A DNA stretch of 64,000 nt, taken from contig JAHFRW010000005.1 in the NCBI GenBank assembly GCA_023266055.1, positions 13,106 through 77,105 on the forward strand. The letters run 5' to 3'. The position numbers and the translations under genes were made by a program. The DNA comes from Gammaproteobacteria bacterium. Its GTDB lineage: Bacteria > Pseudomonadota > Gammaproteobacteria > Ga0077554 > Ga007554. The notes beneath the pieces were generated by a model. It saw only the letters and a program-made list of their open reading frames with translations, was not told the origin of the DNA and ran no database searches. Shown here in pieces: positions 8,562 through 18,371 of this stretch (the first letter of the stretch is position 1; the number at the start of each line of letters is the position of its first letter).

Positions 8562-10571
8562 ATGCTTCACAGAACAAAAATTATCATTATCTTGTGCTGT
8601 ACTGTATGGGTGAGTAGTCAATCCAGCGCTGCATCCGTGGCGCCTGTCCAGGAAGCGGCTGACCGTGCACCGCAGGATTTTACACGGCAGCGTCTGGATT
8701 TTGCAGCTGCCGAGCAGGCGCTGCGGCAAAACAACCCGGCAGAGTTTCAACGCCTGTTGAAAAAACTGGTGGACTATCCTCTTGTTCCATATTTACTGTA
8801 TCAGGAGCTGCGTCCGCGTCTCAATAAGGCACCCTCTGCCGAAGTGTATGGCTTTTTGTGGGCGTATGCGGATTCACCGATAGCGTGGCGCTTATACGAT
8901 GCCTGGCTACGTGAGCTGGCGGATCAGGGGCGTTGGCAGGACTTTCTGGTTGACTGCCCGGTGAGCACCGTGAGTGACGGCGGTGAAATTCCATGCCTGT
9001 ATCGCCGTGCCTTGATCAATACCGGTAATACGGTGGATGCTTTTACCAATATGGATGCCGTGTGGCTCACCGGGCAATCCTTGCCAGCGGTGTGTGATAG
9101 CGTCATTGAAACGTGGCGCAAAGCCGGTGGCTTGAGTGACGCGCTGGTGTGGCAGCGCCTGGGTCTGGCGATTGAGGCCGGACAAATCGATCTGGCGCGG
9201 CATTTGAGCCGTCTTCTGCCCGCCGCTGATCAGCCGTGGGCGGAGTGGTGGATAGAGTTACATCAACGTCCTGAGCGTGTTAAAACACCCCCTGCGCTGA
9301 ATACACAGCATCGCTGGTTGCCCAATATTCTTGTGTATGGCATCAAGCGTCTGGCATCAAGCGACGTGACGGCTGCGATTAATGTCTGGCAGGCCAGCCG
9401 CACGGCGCAACCGTTTACAGCCGCGCAAATCGCCGTTGTAAACCGTAACATTGCCCTGGCGCTGGCCGCCCGGAATGATCCGCAGGCGAGCGCCTGGCTG
9501 GGTGCCTTGGATGTCAGCGAAGAAGATCAGCGCGTGCGCGAGCGGCGCGTATTACTGGCCATGAACAGCGGTGACTGGAGTGCCGTGCTGACGTGGATCG
9601 GGCGGCTGAGCCTGGAGGAGCAGACCTCATCCCGCTGGCGTTACTGGCAGGCGCGTGCACTGGGTCACCTGGGTTTTTCGGAGCAGGCGGCGGCTATTTA
9701 TACCCGTTTGATGGGGCGCGATTATTACGGCTTGCTGGCCGCAGATCGCCTTGAACAACCCTATGCCATTGCGCATCGCCCACTCCAGTTTAGTCGTCAG
9801 GAAATGGCGGTGATCGAGCAAGTGCCGGGTATTCAGCGCGCCCGTGAGTTTTATGCATTGGGACGTATTATAGACACGCGCCGCGAATGGAACTACGCCC
9901 TCCAGAACTTTGATGAAAATCTCAAGTTGCGCGCGGCCAGACTCGCGCATGATTGGGGGTGGCGGGATGGTGCCATTTTTACCATTGCCCAGGCGCCTCG
10001 GCAGGATGATCTGGAGCTGCTGTTTCCGCTTGATCACCGCGATTATGTAGAGCTGCGCGCCAAAGACAGCGCTATTGATGCGGCCTGGGCATTTGCCGTG
10101 CTGCGGCAGGAGAGCGCCTTTGTGCCCGACGCGCGCTCCCCAGCGGGTGCACTGGGATTAATGCAGCTCATGCCTGCTACCGCGCGCATGGTCGCCAAAG
10201 GCATTAACATGCCCCTGAAGAATACGGATAACCTGCTGCTGCCAGACATTAACATCCGGTTGGGCACGGCTTATTTGCGTACCGGGCTCGACCGTTTTGC
10301 CGCCAATCCCATGCTGGCAACGGCCGCCTATAATGCCGGTGTGGGGCGTGTGCGGCAGTGGGTGCCGGAAAGCGGCGCCGTATCCGCCGAATTGTGGGTG
10401 GAAAATATCCCTTTCAAGGAAACCCGTGACTACGTGCGCCGTGTCATGGCTTTTACCGTCATCTACCAATACCGTTTGGGGGGCGAGCCCATCTCCCTGT
10501 CCAGATTAATGCAATCCGTGGGCGAGGAGCCCGCCCCGGTGGCGGATGCCGAGCCACGTCCTCGAAAATAA
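8562..10571 (+). CDS. slt: soluble lytic murein transglycosylase (Slt70 family)
   Basis: C-terminal SLT domain (ESAFVPDARSPAGALGLMQLMPATA...AYNAGVGRV) after a long superhelical N-terminal region. Signal peptide from the ATG at 8562. Confidence 0.85.
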   Translation: MLHRTKIIIILCCTVWVSSQSSAASVAPVQEAADRAPQDFTRQRLDFAAAEQALRQNNPAEFQRLLKKLVDYPLVPYLLYQELRPRLNKAPSAEVYGFLWAYADSPIAWRLYDAWLRELADQGRWQDFLVDCPVSTVSDGGEIPCLYRRALINTGNTVDAFTNMDAVWLTGQSLPAVCDSVIETWRKAGGLSDALVWQRLGLAIEAGQIDLARHLSRLLPAADQPWAEWWIELHQRPERVKTPPALNTQHRWLPNILVYGIKRLASSDVTAAINVWQASRTAQPFTAAQIAVVNRNIALALAARNDPQASAWLGALDVSEEDQRVRERRVLLAMNSGDWSAVLTWIGRLSLEEQTSSRWRYWQARALGHLGFSEQAAAIYTRLMGRDYYGLLAADRLEQPYAIAHRPLQFSRQEMAVIEQVPGIQRAREFYALGRIIDTRREWNYALQNFDENLKLRAARLAHDWGWRDGAIFTIAQAPRQDDLELLFPLDHRDYVELRAKDSAIDAAWAFAVLRQESAFVPDARSPAGALGLMQLMPATARMVAKGINMPLKNTDNLLLPDINIRLGTAYLRTGLDRFAANPMLATAAYNAGVGRVRQWVPESGAVSAELWVENIPFKETRDYVRRVMAFTVIYQYRLGGEPISLSRLMQSVGEEPAPVADAEPRPRK

Positions 10572-10795
10572 ATAATTTATTTTCAACAAGTTATCCGGGA
10601 TCGCTGGGAGGCCGCGATGGTTACGCTCAGGCCATTGAAAAATAGAGCGTTTTGACCGCCTTTTTTGTCGGGTGCAACACCATTTTATTGGCAAAGATGT
10701 GATATAGTTAGCACAAATCTTATCCTGTTACGATGCAGTTAACCTGAAAATAACGCCATTTTCAGGTTAAAACCAAACTATATGAGGCCTTTTTC

Positions 10796-11281
10796 ATGAA
10801 AATCACTCACGGTATGGTTGTTGCCATGCACTATGAGCTTACCGACGAAAATAATGACACGCTTGATGCAACTGAAAATGGCGATTTGTTTACCTATTTG
10901 CACGGGCATGGCAACATCATTCCCGGTTTGGAAAACGGTCTGGACGGTCTGGGGGTGGGTGACAAGGCGCATATTATTGTCCACCCGGCCCAGGGCTATG
11001 GCGCACATGACCCGCAGGCCCGTATCGAAATGCCACGCTCACAGTTTCCCGACGATGCAGATTTGTCACCCGGTGACCGGGTAGCGATTGACGGCCCGGA
11101 AGGCGAAAAAATCTTTACCATTATCGAGATGACGGATGTCAACGTCACGCTTGATGGCAATCATCCTCTGGCGGGCATGATTTTACACTTTGATATTGAA
11201 GTTGCCGAAATTCGTCCTGCCACCGAAGAGGAGTTGGCGCATGGCCATGCCCATAGCGGCGGCGATCACCATCATCACTAA
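10796..11281 (+). CDS. slyD: FKBP-type peptidyl-prolyl isomerase SlyD with His-rich metal-binding tail
   Basis: MKITHGMVVAMHYELTDENNDTLD...FKBP and IF domains, and a C-terminal HGHAHSGGDHHHH. Confidence 0.85.
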   Translation: MKITHGMVVAMHYELTDENNDTLDATENGDLFTYLHGHGNIIPGLENGLDGLGVGDKAHIIVHPAQGYGAHDPQARIEMPRSQFPDDADLSPGDRVAIDGPEGEKIFTIIEMTDVNVTLDGNHPLAGMILHFDIEVAEIRPATEEELAHGHAHSGGDHHHH

Positions 11282-11285
11282 TGCC

Positions 11286-11678
11286 ATGATAACCTTTGAC
11301 TTTGATGAATGGGCAGCCCTGGCAAAGACCGATCCCGAGGCCTTTGCGCAACGCCGTGCTGCGGTTATTGAAGCGGTTATTGTCGGTGCGCCCGTCGAGC
11401 GGCAGCCGCAGTTGCGCGGCCTGCAATGGCGCATCGACATGGAGCGCCAGCGCTGCAAGAACCCCATGCATGCCTGCATACATCTCTTCAACAAAATGTG
11501 GAGCTCTGTTTACAGTGAGCGTGGTCTGCTGAATGCTATGCTGATGCTGCGGAACCCGCACTTTCCTGGCATCACCCTGGTGGGTGGTTCAAACACGCCC
11601 TCAAAATCATCGGCTTCCGCCCGTGCTACGGCATCGGCCACCATTCTGCCATTCACCCGCTCCAAGGCCGTTATGTAA
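11286..11678 (+). CDS. conserved hypothetical protein (DUF3135-like)
   Basis: MITFDFDEWAALAKTDPEAFAQRRAAVIEAVI...GLQWRIDMERQR. Start set at the ATG right after the slyD stop. Family recalled, not verified. Confidence 0.5.
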   Translation: MITFDFDEWAALAKTDPEAFAQRRAAVIEAVIVGAPVERQPQLRGLQWRIDMERQRCKNPMHACIHLFNKMWSSVYSERGLLNAMLMLRNPHFPGITLVGGSNTPSKSSASARATASATILPFTRSKAVM

Positions 11679-11707
11679 TTTGGAGTTTAAAGTGTTGCGG
11701 AGGATAT

Positions 11708-12271
11708 ATGTTTAAATTGCGTTACGCTATTTTAGGTCTGTGCCTGCTCTCAACCAGCATCGCTTCTGCAAATCAGCCCATCCCATCACCCTATGCCGGA
11801 CAGGAGCAGCGCGATATAAAAGCCCTGTCACCGGATGAAATCAAAAGTTATCTGGCCGGCAGCGGCGCGGGCTTTGCAAAAGCTGCCGAGCTGAATCATT
11901 ACCCCGGTCCCGCACATGTACTGGCGTTATCACAACAACTTCAGCTTTCCCCCGAGCAACACGCCCGCACCGAGCAACAGTTCAATAGTATGCAAGCCGA
12001 CGCCATGCGGCTAGGCAAGGCGCTGGTCGAACAGGAACAATGGCTCGACACCTTATTTGCCACCGCCAGCATCAGCACAGACACGCTGCAATCCACCCTG
12101 AAGGACATTGCAACACTGCAAGCGCAGATACGCCAGGTTCATCTTGAGGCGCATCTGGTGCAAAAGACTATCCTGACCCCGGATCAGGTAAAGCATTATG
12201 ATGCATTGCGTGGGTATGGTGCGTCTGAAGATCGGGCGCCCGACCAGGGAACACATCATCATACGCATTAA
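11708..12271 (+). CDS. periplasmic LTXXQ-motif protein (Spy/CpxP/ZraP family) with His-rich C-terminus
   Basis: Signal peptide, two LxP[ED]Q motifs (LSPEQHARTEQ, LTPDQVKHYDAL), and C-terminal GTHHHTH. Confidence 0.55.
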   Translation: MFKLRYAILGLCLLSTSIASANQPIPSPYAGQEQRDIKALSPDEIKSYLAGSGAGFAKAAELNHYPGPAHVLALSQQLQLSPEQHARTEQQFNSMQADAMRLGKALVEQEQWLDTLFATASISTDTLQSTLKDIATLQAQIRQVHLEAHLVQKTILTPDQVKHYDALRGYGASEDRAPDQGTHHHTH

Positions 12272-12430
12272 CTTATGATGAATTATGCGCTGCTTCTATT
12301 ATCCTGACGCCGGAGCTCGGTGTGATGAGGCAAATCGCCTTTGTTGTTCGTGATATTGACAAGGCGATGGATGGCTGGACGCAGACGTTAAAGAGTAACC
12401 GTTACAACGATGTCGTGTAACCTTGCCGTC

Positions 12431-12721
12431 TTATTCTGGCTCAGGGTAGCGGTCACTGTGCCCCAGCGGCTTATCCGGTGCGATGCAATCACGCACCCGC
12501 TGTTTAAGTTCCTTGGATTCCGGGAAGTGGTTCTGAGCCTTGCGCGAGAAAATAATCTGATCGCCCAGCCGTACTTCAAAAATACCTCCGGTGCCCGGTA
12601 CCAGCGTGACCCCGCCCAGTTCGGTCTCGAACGTTACCAGCAGTTCCTGTGCCATCCATGCAGCGCGTAACAGCCAGCGGCATTGGGTGCAGTATTCAAT
12701 TTCCAGTCGTGGCTTGTTCAT
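12431..12721 (-). CDS. SelW/SelT/Rdx-family thioredoxin-fold redox protein (CxxC)
   Basis: MNKPRLEIEYCTQCRWLLRAAWMAQELL...GGIFEV...FPESKELKQRVRD is a typical Rdx signature. Confidence 0.8.
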   Translation of the reverse strand: MNKPRLEIEYCTQCRWLLRAAWMAQELLVTFETELGGVTLVPGTGGIFEVRLGDQIIFSRKAQNHFPESKELKQRVRDCIAPDKPLGHSDRYPEPE

Positions 12722-13704
12722 GGCGTCTCCGGTGTGCGCATCGCTTGCTGCGCAATAATCTGTTGCAGGGTTTCCTGATAGATTGTGAATAATGCGTTGC
12801 TGGGTGTGGTCAGGTGAATGGCTTGCCGCGCGGCATTTTCGGCAGCATGTAATTGACCCTGATCCGCCAGTGTTTGCGCAAGATTATTATAAGCGGGTGC
12901 AAAGCCCGGGTCTTGTTGTGTAACATGGCGATACGCTGCCTCAGCGCCACGCAGATCATGTAATGCATACCGGCTATTGCCCAGCCCCATGCGTGCGGTG
13001 ATGCTGTCCGGCCACTGTGTCAGTGCTGTCGTGTAGGCGGTGGCGGTATCCTGCCAGCGTTGCAGCCGCTCTAATGGCACCACAGCGTTCAGATAGGGAA
13101 TTTCCTCGGCGCTCACGGGTAAATGATCAGGTGTGGTGACGGTGATCGCCCAATAATCACCACGCCGCCAGGTGCGCTCAAATAGTTTGATAGGCACCAC
13201 GTGCCGCTGTTCTCGCCCGGAACGCAGAATGATCTGATCCTGCTGTAAATCAAAGCCCACCACCACAGCATAATGCCATTTCTGATACCAGCTCAGCCCG
13301 AGATTTTGCAGCACCAGCACCGGATGCCCGGCACGCACTTCGTTAATCAGCGTTTCCAGTTCGGGTCGTAACCCATAAGGAATGCGCCCGTGGCGACGCG
13401 TGGCGGCCAGCAACTCGATCTGTAAACTGCCCTGGCGCCCTGGCAGATACACCTGGGGAGCAAGGTTTTCAGGCGTAAGTTGTGTGCCCGACCAATTCAG
13501 CACCGTGGCCAGTGCCGCCGGGCCGCATTGAAATTCTTCCTGGGGAAAAAAGGGTACCGCTATGAGTTCTACAGGGGGCTGCTGTGCAGCAGGAGATTTC
13601 AGCAGTTGATAAGATTGCAGTGGCTGCGTTGCGCAGCCTGCCACCGCAAGCAGAGTCATCAACAAAACCACCCAGCCAATGCCGGGTGGTTGTACAGGCT
13701 TCAT
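12718..13704 (-). CDS. lipoprotein C39-like cysteine peptidase with C-terminal TPR repeats (PA2778-family-like)
   Basis: Lipobox LLAVAGC. QCGPAALATVLNW papain/C39-like catalytic Cys motif. TPR-like C-terminus (AYNNLAQTLADQGQLHAAE). 4-bp overlap with the downstream Rdx gene. Confidence 0.65.
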   Translation of the reverse strand: MKPVQPPGIGWVVLLMTLLAVAGCATQPLQSYQLLKSPAAQQPPVELIAVPFFPQEEFQCGPAALATVLNWSGTQLTPENLAPQVYLPGRQGSLQIELLAATRRHGRIPYGLRPELETLINEVRAGHPVLVLQNLGLSWYQKWHYAVVVGFDLQQDQIILRSGREQRHVVPIKLFERTWRRGDYWAITVTTPDHLPVSAEEIPYLNAVVPLERLQRWQDTATAYTTALTQWPDSITARMGLGNSRYALHDLRGAEAAYRHVTQQDPGFAPAYNNLAQTLADQGQLHAAENAARQAIHLTTPSNALFTIYQETLQQIIAQQAMRTPETP

Positions 13705-13713
13705 AAATGCGGG

Positions 13714-14121
13714 TTAGCGACGATGCTTTTTGACAAACGGAAAGACATCTGTCAAACCGAGGATATCGGTTACCAGGAGCACCAGAAAAATCAGCACAAT
13801 CACGCCCAGAATACTGTCACCGCCCGCCGGCAGCGAGTTCAATTGGTCGGCCAGTGCGTGAGTCTCCGTATCACTCAAGCTGTCCACGCGTGCCTTGGCT
13901 TGCTCCACCGTGACACCGTGGCTTATGAGTTGCTCCTGAATGTCCTTGCGATCCAGAAGATTCATGATCTGCACCCGGTCTTGCTGCACCTGTGCGGCGC
14001 TCACCAGCGTTTCGGTGCCTACAATGCTGGCGTGAGCGGCAGGCAATTGCAGCCCCAGCCAGAGAAAGCTGAAAATCACAAAATGACTAATGGGTTTGGC
14101 AATGCGGCGCAGATATTCCAT
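13714..14121 (-). CDS. small two-TM membrane protein (PA2779-family-like partner of the peptidase)
   Basis: MEYLRRIAKPISHFVIFSFLWLGLQLPAAHA...C-terminal hydrophobic LGVIVLIFLVLLVTDILGL. RBS aggaaagga precedes the ATG at 14121. The ORF-track start at 14166 is probably too early. Confidence 0.55.
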   Translation of the reverse strand: MEYLRRIAKPISHFVIFSFLWLGLQLPAAHASIVGTETLVSAAQVQQDRVQIMNLLDRKDIQEQLISHGVTVEQAKARVDSLSDTETHALADQLNSLPAGGDSILGVIVLIFLVLLVTDILGLTDVFPFVKKHRR

Positions 14122-14277
14122 GGCGATGTCCTTTCCTGTGTGAGATGCATGTTTAACAGACAGCATTATACCATGTTCGGGATATTGGGTAGCGTGGATA
14201 ACGCCGGGTCGGTGTTTCCCGCAACGTCGGCTAGGTATAATAGGATATCATTCTGAATGACAAATAAAAGGGTCGCC

Positions 14278-14685
14278 ATGTCCATCATTAAGCTGCCACG
14301 TCCACTGGTCAACGAGTTACTGCATCAGGCACAACGGGGGGCGGATTGTGAAGTATGTGGTTTGATCAGCGCCTGCAATGGCGTGCCAGCGCATTGTTAT
14401 CCCGTGCCCAACATTGCCGTTGCGCCACAGCAGCGCTTCAGCATGGATCCCAAAGCGCAAATTGACGCGTTACGCCACATGCGTGATCGTGGAGAAGATC
14501 TGTTCGCCATTTACCATTCCCACCCCACCGCTCCCGCCGCGCCGTCGGCAATGGATCGCGATGAAGCGGGTTATCCTGAAGTGCTTTATCTGATTATTTC
14601 CCTCAACACCCGAGGCGTGCTGGAAATGCGCGGGTTTTATATTCAAGATCAGAATGTGACAGAGGTGGCGCTGGAACTGCTTTAA
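14278..14685 (+). CDS. Mov34/MPN/JAB-domain (JAMM) metalloprotease family protein
   Basis: JAMM motif E..CG...(x)n...AIYHSHPTAPAAPSAMD (HxHx7Sx2D). A -10 TATAAT lies at 14236-14241. The ATG at 14278 has RBS aaaggg. Confidence 0.75.
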   Translation: MSIIKLPRPLVNELLHQAQRGADCEVCGLISACNGVPAHCYPVPNIAVAPQQRFSMDPKAQIDALRHMRDRGEDLFAIYHSHPTAPAAPSAMDRDEAGYPEVLYLIISLNTRGVLEMRGFYIQDQNVTEVALELL

Positions 14686-15162
14686 AACAGGATGTGCGGA
14701 ATCCATGACCCGGCAGTGTAACGTGGGCTGGATTAGGCGCGCCCGCCTGAAAAATGTATTTCAGCCTGGATGAGGCCGAGCATAGAATAAAAACTGATAC
14801 GGATACAGAAAACAACAATCTCGGTGCAATCCCAAGAGGTCACGAGGCCGGATAAACACGCCAGGGAGAGCGACGCGGAAGCGAGCGGTGGCGGGCAACC
14901 CCCGGATAGCCGAGGTTTCCCTGTTTTGTCGGAATGTGTGCGATAGCCCCCGTGTAGACAACATGGGGAAACAACGACAGGCGTAGCGGTCGCCGAGCGC
15001 AGTCATTTTGGGGGCGGGGATGTCCCAAAATGGTTCGCGAGCACGGCGACACACTTTAAATCAGAATCAGTATTGATTTTAAACAAAAAATAGAGTTAAA
15101 TCCGGCCTTAGGCCACCGCCTGATAAAATTTTAGGTATTTTGATTGATGTCTGCTTTTAGTT

Positions 15163-15591
15163 ATGTTCCCTGAGACTTCGCTTACTGTTCAGGTTTCTCA
15201 AGCCTATGTAGGCAAGTGGCTTGCTCTAACAGCCTGGCTGTCAAGTGCAATCCCTTTAGGTCTTGGTGCTTTTATGTGGCACTTCGGTTTTAATGCTGCA
15301 ATTGCATTTGGTGTAGCCATCACAGTTATTTTCTTGGCCTGGGTTCTATTACGAACTTACAGCCAGGGCCTGAAACAGGCTATTCACCTGCATCCGAACA
15401 AAATTATCTTTGACTACATCACTTACAAACAAGAATTATCGTTTGGGTCGCCTGGCGAGTGGCATATCAGCGAAGAGAAAGGCAATTGGAAAATTAAGTC
15501 TTTGTCCGACCAGTCTTTCAAGCTTGTGCCAAAGTCCGCCTTTCCCCAACTTAAAGCTATCGCCGGCAGGTTTTATGCAGCCGAAACATAA
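15163..15591 (+). CDS. hypothetical membrane protein (2 TM plus a small C-terminal soluble domain); first gene of the low-GC island
   Basis: 142 aa with hydrophobic segments ALTAWLSSAIPLGLGAFMW and AIAFGVAITVIFLAWVLL. AT-rich codon usage unlike the flanking genes. Confidence 0.55.
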   Translation: MFPETSLTVQVSQAYVGKWLALTAWLSSAIPLGLGAFMWHFGFNAAIAFGVAITVIFLAWVLLRTYSQGLKQAIHLHPNKIIFDYITYKQELSFGSPGEWHISEEKGNWKIKSLSDQSFKLVPKSAFPQLKAIAGRFYAAET

Positions 15592-15839
15592 CCCTGCGCT
15601 CAACACGGACGCCCTACTTGCCGCTTCGCGTCATTCCGGGCGCCGATTAGCACCACGTTGAGCCTGTAGAAAAACTCATTGCTGAGGATATATAATGTGA
15701 GAGTCAAGCAACCGGCTTCACTAGATGCTCTAGGGTCGACGATCTCAGTGGTGAGAGGGGGTTTAGTATCCCCTATTGTTGAGATTTTTTCGCCGGAAGT
15801 GGTTTTTCTACAGGCTCGTTAGATTGCAATGGAGTCATC

Positions 15840-16589
15840 ATGACAGCTCGAAGAATTAGCAATCTAGCTCAACTACTCCAAGGTCTGAAAGAGGATGTCG
15901 GCTCCTACAATGGATCATTATGGTTCCGTGGCCATTCAAACAGTAGTTGGCAGCTCCTCCCCGGCTACTTAAGACTGACGGATGCGCCATCCGAGGGAAC
16001 GCTGCTAAAGAGGTTCAAACAGAGCGCGGCCTTGCTTGTACATCGAGAGCCAAAGGATAGCTATGACTGGCTTTTTTTGATGCAACACTATGGGTTGCCA
16101 ACAAGACTTCTGGATTGGTCTGAAAGTCCCTTGGTCGCTCTGTATTTTGCAGTCAATGACGCACTAGCAGATCATGAAGGGGATTCTGCTCTCTGGGTAC
16201 TCAAGCCATCAGAGCTAAACAAAGAAGCGCACATCAATGATCAAAGTGAAGAGTTCTTTGTTCCTTCCTTTGAAGACGAAGAATTAAGCAACTACAAGCT
16301 GGAAACGCTCGCCGCTGGACCAAAACGAACACGTCTTCTGCCGATTGCCAGCATAGCAACTAGAAATAACTCACGGATACAGGCTCAGTTAGGTGCATTT
16401 ACCATTCATCATCTCGACAATATTGCACTTGAAGATGTAGGATCAAAAACGCATGTAATAAAGTATGAAATCCCGCCAAGTTCTCGCGATGTTTTCAGGC
16501 GCGAATTGAAGCTTCTTGGGTATTCAAAATTTTCTCTATTTCCAGAATTATCAAGCATCGGTGAAAATATTCGGAGCACGCTGAGATGA
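15840..16589 (+). CDS. FRG-domain protein
   Basis: N-terminal ...YNGSLWFRGHSNSSWQLLPGYLR is the eponymous FRG motif. 249 aa, low GC. RBS ggag precedes the ATG. The stop overlaps the next start (ATGA). Confidence 0.6.
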   Translation: MTARRISNLAQLLQGLKEDVGSYNGSLWFRGHSNSSWQLLPGYLRLTDAPSEGTLLKRFKQSAALLVHREPKDSYDWLFLMQHYGLPTRLLDWSESPLVALYFAVNDALADHEGDSALWVLKPSELNKEAHINDQSEEFFVPSFEDEELSNYKLETLAAGPKRTRLLPIASIATRNNSRIQAQLGAFTIHHLDNIALEDVGSKTHVIKYEIPPSSRDVFRRELKLLGYSKFSLFPELSSIGENIRSTLR

Positions 16590-17656
16590 GTTACATTGAA
16601 ACATTTCCAATGCAACACAGCACGATCATGCGTCTCTACTCAGAGAAGGATCTAATTAACGCAGATCCAGACTATCAGCGCGCCGGTGGAATTTGGACAC
16701 TTGAGAAAAAGCAACTACTCATCGACTCTATCCTAAATTCGTATGACATTCCAAAAATCTATCTTCATGCATTTACTCGAGAACAACGCAATCAAAATAA
16801 ATTCTATTATGCGATTATTGACGGCAAGCAAAGGCTAGAAGCAATATGGAAGTTCATGGAAGGAGAATTTGCTCTTTCACCAGATTTTGAATACCAAGAA
16901 GACACATCTATTAATCTTATGAGTCTTGGCTATAGTGATTTGGCTGCCTCATATCCGAAGTTGAAAATATATTTTGACTCATTCGTTCTTCCAATCGTGT
17001 GCGTCGAAACAGATGATATCGAATTGATCGAAGATATGTTTTCTCGCTTAAACGAAGCTGTCCCGCTAAATTCTGCTGAAAAAAGAAATGCAATTGGTGG
17101 CGATTTAGTCGCTGCAATTCGTGATACCTCATTGCACCCTCTTTTTCAGAGTAAAGTTTCTTTTAGTAATCGCAGATTTCAACATCGAGAAGTTTCGGCA
17201 CGCCTACTATTGATTGAACATAATCTAATTATGTTTGGTAAAATAGCAGATACAAAAAAAATCCATCTTGATTCTCTTGCGAGAAATTACAAAAGCGGAA
17301 AAGAGTCAGAAGTTTATAATCTTAAAATTCTAGTTAAAAATAATTTGGATCTCATGGACACATTATTTGTCGATGAAGATGAATTATTACACGCACAGGG
17401 AAGTATTGCCCTGTACTATTTATTAGTGAAAAATGCCAAAGCGTTGTCGTACACTCTTACTCGCGCAAAAATATTTGAATTCAGGGAAGCAGTTCGCCAG
17501 AATCGAGCCTCGGCAGAGCGAGAGTACGAAAACGCCAACTTTGAACTTCTAGAGTACGACCGTCTTTCCCAACAGGGTACAAATGACGCATCGAATCTTC
17601 GTGAGAGGCTCAGGATAATCTGCGGCTTTATGGATATTGCGCCGGTTGCAATCTAA
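16586..17656 (+). CDS. DUF262 (ParB/Srx-like NTPase, GmrSD-N/SspE-N/DndB-like) domain protein without a DUF1524/HNH nuclease domain
   Basis: DPDYQRAGGIWTLEKKQLLIDSILNSYDIPKIYL...YYAIIDGKQRLEAIW (DGQQR-type motif). The C-terminal ~200 aa are helical with no recognisable nuclease motif. Translationally coupled to the FRG gene. Confidence 0.65.
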   Translation: MSYIETFPMQHSTIMRLYSEKDLINADPDYQRAGGIWTLEKKQLLIDSILNSYDIPKIYLHAFTREQRNQNKFYYAIIDGKQRLEAIWKFMEGEFALSPDFEYQEDTSINLMSLGYSDLAASYPKLKIYFDSFVLPIVCVETDDIELIEDMFSRLNEAVPLNSAEKRNAIGGDLVAAIRDTSLHPLFQSKVSFSNRRFQHREVSARLLLIEHNLIMFGKIADTKKIHLDSLARNYKSGKESEVYNLKILVKNNLDLMDTLFVDEDELLHAQGSIALYYLLVKNAKALSYTLTRAKIFEFREAVRQNRASAEREYENANFELLEYDRLSQQGTNDASNLRERLRIICGFMDIAPVAI

Positions 17657-17809
17657 CAATTCGTTCAAGCCGACCCTGAACATCCCCCGATTTAGCAGAC
17701 ACAAACGTCTACCTGAATCGGAGAAAGAGAAAGCCAAAATATCAGTAACACAAGAAGACCCCTCGATACAGCAATGAATTTAAAACCAAAGCCGTCCAGC
17801 TGAGTTTAA

Positions 17810-18268
17810 ATGGATGGCGTCCAGGTCCAGGTAGTCGCCAAGACATTAGATATCCATCCCTTTATGCTGTCACGCTGGCGTAAAGAATATCGGCAGGGAA
17901 AGATCGTGCCAGACAAGCGCAAAAAGGTTGTCAGTCTCAAGCAAGAAAAAGTCGAGATGGACAAGATTAAGCGGCTAGACAATGAAAATGTACGCTTAAG
18001 ACAGGAAAATGACCGACTAAAAAAGGGGCAACGGTTTCTCGCGGAGGAACAACAGCGAGATTCCGATGCATCCACCGATATGGAAAAGAACCAGACATCA
18101 AATATCTGTGTGACTGGTTACAAGTGTCCCGCGGTGGCTATTATGCCGGGCGAGATCGGCCCCTATCATCTCGCGCAAAAGAAGACACTATGCTGTGAAG
18201 CAGGATACGTGACATTCATCAGGAAAACCGGGGTATCTATGGTAGCCCAAGAGTCTACAAAGCATTAA
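17810..18268 (+). pseudogene. IS3-family orfA fragment (frameshifted)
   Basis: See above. The N-terminus is missing from this frame. Confidence 0.7.
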
Positions 18269-18371
18269 AAAGCGAGGGTATTGCAGTTGGTAAGAAACGT
18301 GTCGAGCGATTGATGCGTGAACATGATCTAAAAGGGCGCGTCGTCAAAGTGACACGACGGATGTTAATCAA

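Noticed and set aside
11190-11285. Upstream extension of the DUF3135-like ORF (track start 11190) overlapping slyD
   Set aside because: The extension overlaps the slyD coding end in another frame. A clean ATG at 11286 directly after the slyD stop gives the conserved MITFDFDEW N-terminus.
12333-12431. 32-codon fragment VMRQIAFVVRDIDKAMDGWTQTLKSNRYNDVV resembling the N-terminus of a VOC/glyoxalase-family protein
   Set aside because: It is too short to call. It could be a pseudogene remnant or chance, and I did not annotate it.
14727-15056. Possible tmRNA (ssrA), tRNA or RNase P RNA at the island boundary
   Set aside because: I checked both strands for GGGG...TTCGAC 5' ends, a GGTTCGAATCC-type T-loop plus CCA end, a tag-peptide reading frame, and RNase P CR-I and CR-V boxes. 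None were found. It is kept only as an unexplained structured spacer.
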